DNA from: a virus
Taxonomy: Duplodnaviria > Caudoviricetes
Length of the DNA: 33,519 nucleotides
Virus record (IMG/VR): IMGVR_UViG_3300026543_000040
Coordinates: 1 to 33,519 of that record
Reading direction: 5' to 3' (one strand)
Both the position numbers and the translations under genes were made by a program. Positions 27,578-33,519 of the stretch are shown here, in pieces. The stretch's first letter is position 1; every line of letters starts with the position of its first letter. The notes under the pieces are model-generated. The model did no database searches. It saw only the letters and a program-made list of their open reading frames with translations, and was not told the origin of the DNA.

Positions 27578-27649
27578 GTCGCTTCTTGCGTCCGGTCTTG
27601 CGTGTAGGTGGCTGAGAAGGGAGTGGTTCCCGTCTCGGCCTTTTTTTTT
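27578..27649 (+). ncRNA. Candidate trans-acting antisense sRNA (5' end uncertain)
   Basis: Seed CTTGCGTGTAGGT directly 5' of a strong terminator; complementary to several mRNA leaders; possible promoter TGGCAG-16-TAATCT (27544-27571). Confidence 0.6.
27610..27649 (+). terminator. Strong intrinsic terminator
   Basis: GGCTGAGA.GGGA...TCCC.TCTCGGCC followed by T9. Confidence 0.8.
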
Positions 27650-27669
27650 CACTAAGCGACAAAAGTTCT

Positions 27670-27927
27670 TTATACACTTTTTTGCTTATCGTGAGTAATT
27701 TTATAATTTTTTATCTCTTCTTGCATTTCTTTAGGTAGAAGTTCTTCTATCGTCACTTCTCCGTTGGTGAATATACAAATTTTTAAAGCTGTACTTAGCT
27801 TTGGGGTTATTTTTGAAGCTTTAATATTACTGAGGGTGACCGCACATATTCCTGTATCTAGAGCTATTTTCTTCAAAGTCATTTTTTTTCTCCACACATA
27901 TTCATCTAGATCCATCTCTTCTCCCAT
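27670..27927 (-). CDS. Cro-like HTH regulator
   Basis: MDLDEY, IA..TGI...TLSNI, T.GEVT.EELL; first gene of the leftward early operon. Confidence 0.8.
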   Translation of the reverse strand: MGEEMDLDEYVWRKKMTLKKIALDTGICAVTLSNIKASKITPKLSTALKICIFTNGEVTIEELLPKEMQEEIKNYKITHDKQKSV

Positions 27928-28033
27928 TTTAATTAAATATTTAATTTTTATATCTGAATGATGTAAATTTTAACTTATATGCTCTTCACTATATATATTT
28001 CCACACTATATTTTCCAGGTGTTATTTTTTTCG

Positions 28034-28063
28034 TTGCATAATTAAATGCTAGTTTGATATAGT
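28034..28063 (+). promoter_or_regulatory. Rightward early promoter
   Basis: TTGCAT-18 nt-TATAGT with TGn extension. Confidence 0.55.
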
Positions 28064-28157
28064 TGGGTATATCCGGATAATCGGGAGTTTATTTGGATAA
28101 CGAATACGAAGATGAACACAATAAATAGGCCATTACCTACACGCAAGGAATAAAATC

Positions 28158-28997
28158 ATGAATAATGAAGTCACAGTAAAAAAATCAGAGAACATGGTTC
28201 TTGAAATACAAGAAACACAAAAAATGTGTCAGATGTTGATGAGTTCTCCACATTATGAAAAATTAGGCAGGTCGGGAATTTTTGCCATTGTCCAGAAAGC
28301 TAAATCTATTGGTGTTTCCCCTCTGGATGCATTAAATGGAGGGATGTATTATGTAAATGGAAAGGTTGAAATGTCTGCCACCATGATGAATCAGTTGATT
28401 CGAATGCACAAACATTCTATTAGCAAGGACAAGCGTAGTGATTCTACCATATGCATTCTGCATGGTAAGCGTGCAGACAACAATGATACTTGGGTATCTA
28501 GTTTTTCTGTGGACGAAGCTAAACAGGCTGGGATTTTTAAAAATACATGGCTTAGGTATCCCACGGATCTTCTGTTTGCACGAGCTCTTTCTCGTTTGGC
28601 ACGTCAGCTTTTTCCAGATGTAATTAAAGGATGCTATGTACAAGGGGAAATTAGTGAAGCTCCCGTAGTAGATCCTTCAGAGTCCCCCCCCTTGTTATCA
28701 AACGTTGTGGCTGTGTCTCAGAATGAATCAGTTATCAGTGATACTAAAGAAGTATCAGTAGATGCAGAGGAAGTGCCAAAAATAAATGAAGAAGAATATC
28801 AAGCTTTAGATAGTTGGCTTGGAGGTAACCATGTCTTGCGTAACAACATCGCGACTTTTATTAAGAAAAAGTGGGATATAAACGACATGCGCTTTATGCC
28901 GCGTCAGATATATGGCCATTCTCTTAAGCGTGCAAAAGAACAACATGTTGAAGTCGAACAGATGTATGGAGAACAGCTTCAAGCTGTAGCTGGATAG
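28158..28997 (+). CDS. RecT-like single-strand annealing protein
   Basis: G.SPL.AL, EAKQAG, W.RYP..L.ARALSR.AR..FPDVI.G; paired with an exonuclease. Confidence 0.8.
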   Translation: MNNEVTVKKSENMVLEIQETQKMCQMLMSSPHYEKLGRSGIFAIVQKAKSIGVSPLDALNGGMYYVNGKVEMSATMMNQLIRMHKHSISKDKRSDSTICILHGKRADNNDTWVSSFSVDEAKQAGIFKNTWLRYPTDLLFARALSRLARQLFPDVIKGCYVQGEISEAPVVDPSESPPLLSNVVAVSQNESVISDTKEVSVDAEEVPKINEEEYQALDSWLGGNHVLRNNIATFIKKKWDINDMRFMPRQIYGHSLKRAKEQHVEVEQMYGEQLQAVAG

Positions 28998-29007
28998 AAA
29001 TTCGTGT

Positions 29008-29052
29008 AAAAACAAATGCCCAACAAAACCTTGAGAAATTGCTGGGCATTTG
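29008..29052 (-). terminator. Antisense intrinsic terminator
   Basis: CAAATGCCCAGCAA...TTGTTGGGCATTTG followed by TTTTT on the minus strand. Confidence 0.6.
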
Positions 29053-29163
29053 AAAACAACATACAGAACCCCTAGGAAAAGGGTACTTCCTATATCATAT
29101 AGAAAATTTCATTTTATGCAAAATTTTTGTTTTCATTAGTTCAATTATAAGAAGGAAAACGTT

Positions 29164-30015
29164 ATGTCCGCCCTAATTCAAGGTACACAAGAATGGTTAG
29201 AAGTAAGAAAAACTCATATAGGAGCCAGCGATGCGCCTATAATTATGGGAGATAGTCCATGGAAGACATGCTATCAATTGTGGGAGGAGAAATTAGATTT
29301 ATGTGAACAACCCAGAATGAATTCAGCTATGCAGCGTGGTCATGATCTCGAACCTATAGCTAGACAGGTTTATAACGATCATACCGGAAATTGTGCTGAG
29401 CCTGAGGTTTTATTTCATCCGGAACACAAATGGATGATGGCTTCTCTGGACGGTATTTCATTAGATCGATCTATCATTGTAGAGATCAAATGTCCCGGCA
29501 TTCATGATCATGCGACCGCAGCAAAAGGGGGCATTCCCGAAAAATATTATGCCCAATTACAACATCAGCTTGTCGTAGCTAATTTAAATCTGTTACATTA
29601 TTTTTCTTACCGTGAGGGAGAATTTTACTTGGTAGAAGTAGAACGAGACGAAAAGTATATTCATAAAATGCAGTCCACGGAAGAGGTTTTTTGGGAAAAC
29701 CTTAGCGACTTCAAACCTCCTGAATTATCCGATCGAGATTATATAGATAAGGACGACGATCTCTGGTTGCGTACTGCGCAAAACTGGAGTGACTCACACA
29801 ATAAGTTGGTAGAAATTAAGGGTGAGGAGAAGTCTTATCGGGAAAGCTTAATCCAGCTTGCTAACAATAAAAATTGCAGAGGAGCGGGAGTTAAGATACA
29901 AAAGGTTGTAAGAAAAGGATCCGTAGATTATAAATCTATTCCATCACTCTCGGGAGTTGATCTAGAAGGTTATAGAAACTCACCGGTAGAAACCTGGAGA
30001 CTTAAGTCAATTTAG
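29164..30015 (+). CDS. YqaJ/lambda-exonuclease family nuclease
   Basis: QGT.EWL..R, IGASD, ASLDG, EIKCP, YYAQLQHQ. Confidence 0.92.
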   Translation: MSALIQGTQEWLEVRKTHIGASDAPIIMGDSPWKTCYQLWEEKLDLCEQPRMNSAMQRGHDLEPIARQVYNDHTGNCAEPEVLFHPEHKWMMASLDGISLDRSIIVEIKCPGIHDHATAAKGGIPEKYYAQLQHQLVVANLNLLHYFSYREGEFYLVEVERDEKYIHKMQSTEEVFWENLSDFKPPELSDRDYIDKDDDLWLRTAQNWSDSHNKLVEIKGEEKSYRESLIQLANNKNCRGAGVKIQKVVRKGSVDYKSIPSLSGVDLEGYRNSPVETWRLKSI

Positions 30016-30051
30016 GGTTTGTGTTTACCGTTTAATAAATATTCAGGCCTA

Positions 30052-30143
30052 TTCTGCCGATGTCATGTAACTCACCTCTGAGTGGATGGTAACAGGTGGT
30101 ATCTGCGTCTTCTTGGGGGTGACTTACATGACATTCGGCAGAA
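30052..30143 (+). other. Long (92 nt) intergenic hairpin
   Basis: TTCTGCCGATGTCATGTAA...TTACATGACATTCGGCAGAA extended by G-U pairs. Confidence 0.8.
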
Positions 30144-30175
30144 AAAGAGATAAAATCAGGAGGTGATGATATATA

Positions 30176-30466
30176 ATGGATAAATTTAATGACAAGTATA
30201 AAATTCATTGGATGGGTTCTATATATCAAAATTCTTCATATGACACCAGAATTTGTAATTATATGAAAGATTTACATTCTTGGTATCAGCACAGAAAAGA
30301 GAAATATAAAGATACTTATAACGATTGCTATAGAAAAAAAGAAATTATCGTAGATAGTAGTAGGTGTTCACGGGATAGCAAAGCAGAAACAAATTCCTAT
30401 TTAGTAATGTTTGAAGGACATAAGGAGGATTTGGAAAAAGTTTTATCATCTTTAGGAAGTGATTAG
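30176..30466 (+). CDS. Hypothetical protein, paralog A (candidate toxin)
   Basis: AGGAGGT SD; overlaps the Panacea gene start. Confidence 0.6.
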   Translation: MDKFNDKYKIHWMGSIYQNSSYDTRICNYMKDLHSWYQHRKEKYKDTYNDCYRKKEIIVDSSRCSRDSKAETNSYLVMFEGHKEDLEKVLSSLGSD

Positions 30467-31028
30467 TAGCTTTGATGTTGCGGCATACATCGTAAAACAA
30501 CGCCAAAAAGGCTCCTCGAAGCTGACAGCAATGAAGCTTCAGAATCTGCTGTATTACTGCCAAGCTTGGTCGCTCGTTCGGGAAGAAGCACCGCTTTTTA
30601 CCGAAGAAATTCAAGCCTGGGCAATGGGGCCTGTCATCACAGAATTGTACGATTGGCATCGTGGCATGTTGTATGTAGAGATCGGGTCGAAAGGAGATCC
30701 TGACGCCCTCAGCCCGGAACAGCAAGACACCGTCGATCGCATATTAGATGTATACGGCCACAAGACTGCGCAGTGGCTTAGTAATCTTACTCATATGGAA
30801 ACACCTTGGAAAGCCGCTCGTGCAGGGCTACAGCCTGGAGAGTGGGGATCCAAGACCATTACCCACGCAAGCTTGCACGAGTATTACGACAGCCTTGATG
30901 GAGATGAAAAAGCCCATACTATAGTGTGGTATACGGAGGGTATTCCTATACTGGATTATGGGATTTGTTGTATTTGTTGCCATATTTTTTATAACATCTA
31001 TTTACAAACTAATTTTTATCATGGATAA
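30459..31028 (+). CDS. Panacea (DUF4065/GepA/SocA-like) antitoxin-domain protein
   Basis: MKLQ.LLYY.QAW, LF.E.IQAW..GPV, L..LTH.E.PW. Confidence 0.88.
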   Translation: MISSFDVAAYIVKQRQKGSSKLTAMKLQNLLYYCQAWSLVREEAPLFTEEIQAWAMGPVITELYDWHRGMLYVEIGSKGDPDALSPEQQDTVDRILDVYGHKTAQWLSNLTHMETPWKAARAGLQPGEWGSKTITHASLHEYYDSLDGDEKAHTIVWYTEGIPILDYGICCICCHIFYNIYLQTNFYHG

Positions 31029-31317
31029 ACTTAATAAAAAGCCTGAACCTAACCGAATGTTCTCGGTATATAAAAATTCTTCCTATATGGGAACTATCTG
31101 CACCTGTATAGAACCTACATCTTCTTGGTATCAACGTGTACGAGATACCCATGAAAAGGGGCGCAGAGAATATGAAGGTACTGAGCCGAATTCAGATGAT
31201 GAAGATATAGAAGCCGCTATCCTAATGTGGCATTCAAATGAAACTAAAAAGTTTACCGAAAAATTCCCATTTGTAAGAAGAGAAGTTGACACTAATCTTC
31301 CTCGGAATCCGGAGTAA
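30958..31317 (+). CDS. Hypothetical protein, paralog B (start 30958 with hydrophobic N-terminus, or 31021)
   Basis: Shares MDK.N.K.....M.S.Y.NSSY...IC.......SWYQ with 30176-30466. Confidence 0.6.
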   Translation: MGFVVFVAIFFITSIYKLIFIMDKLNKKPEPNRMFSVYKNSSYMGTICTCIEPTSSWYQRVRDTHEKGRREYEGTEPNSDDEDIEAAILMWHSNETKKFTEKFPFVRREVDTNLPRNPE

Positions 31318-31540
31318 GATCTATCTTAAGACCGGTATGTTCTTCAATTTCTGCTTCTAAGAGTTGTTCGGCTACATTGTCATCCTTAAGATGTAATTTT
31401 TTGTTAATGTATGAACATCCTCCGGATGTGATAATAAATAACGTAATAAATAAAACAGATCGCATAATCCATTTTCCTAATTCAGGTCGATGGTTCTCGT
31501 TATCTTTTAAGATGTAATTGAAAAGTCTTGATAGTTTCAT
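31292..31540 (-). CDS. Putative lipoprotein/membrane protein
   Basis: Hydrophobic stretch then SGGC lipobox-like site; last gene of the late operon. Confidence 0.6.
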   Translation of the reverse strand: MKLSRLFNYILKDNENHRPELGKWIMRSVLFITLFIITSGGCSYINKKLHLKDDNVAEQLLEAEIEEHTGLKIDLTPDSEED

Positions 31541-31767
31541 TTTTCTTGTAATGAATCTCCGTTATTCATACCGGCTACGGACTCCAGAGGTATAGAACTA
31601 GGAGTATAACCATTAGCAGTAGTAGTGCAATCAGTATAGACATTTCCCGATGCATCTGGCACCGCCTGTGTATTAACTTGATCTCGTAAAAAATCTATTC
31701 CTCGAGAGCATACTCCTACATATTGGAGTGGAGCGTCAAAAGGAACTCCCACTTTATTTCGAGCCAT
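31537..31767 (-). CDS. Hypothetical protein (76 aa)
   Basis: AGGAG SD. Confidence 0.6.
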   Translation of the reverse strand: MARNKVGVPFDAPLQYVGVCSRGIDFLRDQVNTQAVPDASGNVYTDCTTTANGYTPSSIPLESVAGMNNGDSLQEK

Positions 31768-31776
31768 AAGATGCTC

Positions 31777-32028
31777 CTATAAGGTGAAAAAATCTATTTT
31801 CGGCTTTTTAAATTTCCCAGCAATTTTTCTAGCTTCTTCGTCGGTAGCCTCATCTATGACAATAACGATCTTCTTATATTCAGTATTTAATATGGATTGA
31901 ACTCCTTTTACTTTAGATAAAAATTTTTTATCTACAAGAATCAAAGCATCAATTATTTCATCCACACCGAAATAATTTCTCCAAGTTAGGAGGTCTCGTA
32001 TATCTCTTTTAATTTTTTCTTTATCCAT
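31777..32028 (-). CDS. Hypothetical protein
   Basis: Start at 32028 coupled to the upstream stop (TAATG). Confidence 0.6.
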   Translation of the reverse strand: MDKEKIKRDIRDLLTWRNYFGVDEIIDALILVDKKFLSKVKGVQSILNTEYKKIVIVIDEATDEEARKIAGKFKKPKIDFFTL

Positions 32029-33477
32029 TATTGATCTCCCATGTTTCCGATGCCCCATAAAACAAGCTGATCGGATGAGTCAACATTTGCAAGCTGCAAT
32101 GCTGTGTTGCCGATATTATCTAAAACAATATCCATTGCTGATGGATTAGCTCCGACTTGATTATGATAAGCTACTTGGAAAGTAGATCCAGAAGCATCAA
32201 AATAACGCCCTGAAGCACTCACATATTCCGTTGATGCAGATTCTCCATAAGGTTGGGAAACTAGCGCGGCTACAGCTCCCACTCCCCCCGTGGTGACCCC
32301 TCCAAAAGAGCATTGAAATCGAAATTCTCCGGTACGAGAAATCCAGTATCTGTAACTAGTGGTGTCACTCCAGACTGGAGCTGTTCCTCCATTGTCCAAA
32401 AAATGTTTGCCGGCTGCTGCACCGTTATGTCCTACTGGAAAAAGAAATTGTCGATTTTCTTGCCAGTGTCCTACTCCATCTTGTATATCTAAAGCTGTCA
32501 ATGTCCATACATCACTAGAATCTTTGGTAGCTCGGATAGTTCCAATTCCACCAATTGCCTTAGACGTATAGTTAGTTTGGGTTATGTCATTCCACGCAAA
32601 TACACTGTATTGTTCATCGGCTGTAGCGCTAGATGGATCACCAATATCACCATCACTAGAAGGTGTAGATCTCAGGGGAATGGTTCGGTAGATAATAGGT
32701 TCTAAATTGGCGTCACTACTATCGGCCATGAAGCCTATTGCTAATGGCATCGGGTTTCCCCAGGCTACGGCAACTGTAGAACCTAAGAGATTATCGGTTA
32801 AATCGGTTACTGTTAAAGTATCGTTGGCTGTTACAGGAAGGAGTACATAGGTGCCAGGAGTCGCATTGGAAGGCATCAAGATGTATCCTGGATTAGTTGA
32901 ACTTAGGGCAGTACCTTCATATCCATGTAAAGTTAATGTGCCGGCAGCATGTGTAAATCCTAGATTCCACATCCAACAATTTAATCCCTGAAGCATAGAT
33001 GGTTTTAATAGATTCGGAGCCGCTGATGTGACTCCTACTAGAATCTGACCATCTGTGGGAGCGCCGCTAGATGTGACTTCTGTGGTAGTATTGGCATATA
33101 CTATTCCATTGGCAGTCATTCCTGTTTCTAATGCAAGAATGCCCGATGCGTCTGGAGCTGTAAAAGTTCTAGTAGTTCCTGTAGTGATTGATGAAGCTTC
33201 AAAAGCAATTTCTTTGGTATTGTCTCCATCATCTACAATTCGAAAAGCATTATCAACAAATTCGCTTGATGGAGAAGTCCCTCCACCAGCTGTAATTGCT
33301 GGAAGTAATCCTCGAAGATCAATTTCATCTATTGAAGTCCATGTTCCACTAGCGGCTACTTGATGACGTAATTTCCATTCTGAAATTAAAAATCCTGTTC
33401 CTACGAAGTCGGTTGGAATCGTATAAGTGGCAAAATTATCTAAATCAGTTTCAACTCCAGTTTTATTATTATAGGAA
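32028..33477 (-). CDS. 3' part of the split tail fibre/receptor-binding protein
   Basis: In frame with 45-955 via the terminal repeat; TRTFTAPDASG fibre motif; MCIRDR start in the ORF track is adapter. Confidence 0.8.
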
Positions 33478-33501
33478 CCTGAAGGTAGGTTACAAAAAAG
33501 C
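33478..33501 (+). repeat. Terminal direct repeat, right copy
   Basis: Identical to 45-68. Confidence 0.95.
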
Positions 33502-33519
33502 CTGTCTCTTATACACATC
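33502..33519 (+). other. Nextera mosaic-end adapter remnant (artefact)
   Basis: CTGTCTCTTATACACATC. Confidence 0.98.

Noticed and set aside
45-33477. tRNA/rRNA genes or stop-codon recoding
   Set aside because: No cloverleaf or rRNA motifs seen by eye; the standard code gives dense, intact ORFs using all three stops
33502-33518. Start MCIRDR of the 496-aa ORF
   Set aside because: Translation of the adapter; the true start is at 955 across the junction

Overview
The window is an apparently complete (~33.4 kb, circularly permuted) genome of a small tailed dsDNA phage, bracketed by Nextera/Tn5 library adapters (1-44, 33502-33519). A 24-bp terminal repeat joins the two ends in frame through a split tail-fibre gene. 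The minus strand carries a podovirus-like morphogenesis block (TerS, TerL, P22-like portal, scaffold, N4-gp56-like major capsid, adaptor, tail tube/nozzle, ejection proteins, fibres). It also carries a lambdoid-style early block (Cro-like HTH, initiator with internal iterons, DnaC-like loader, XRE HTH, RusA, SSB-like protein, a catalytically truncated tyrosine recombinase and a P63C protein). The plus strand carries RecT-like and YqaJ recombination genes and a Panacea (DUF4065) antitoxin flanked by two paralogous small ORFs. I see no CI-like repressor in its usual position, no intact integrase and no recognisable endolysin. The most striking signal is non-coding: a candidate small RNA (about 27578-27649, +) whose seed CUUGCGUGUAGGU is complementary to the leaders of recT, P63C (twice), portal and scaffold mRNAs, with nearly all substitutions being G-U compatible. 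This suggests a multi-target RNA repressor standing in for CI. Three further promoter-hairpin-terminator units, a 19-aa antisense membrane peptide and a 92-nt hairpin were also found. All protein calls are from motif recognition and synteny; no searches were run.
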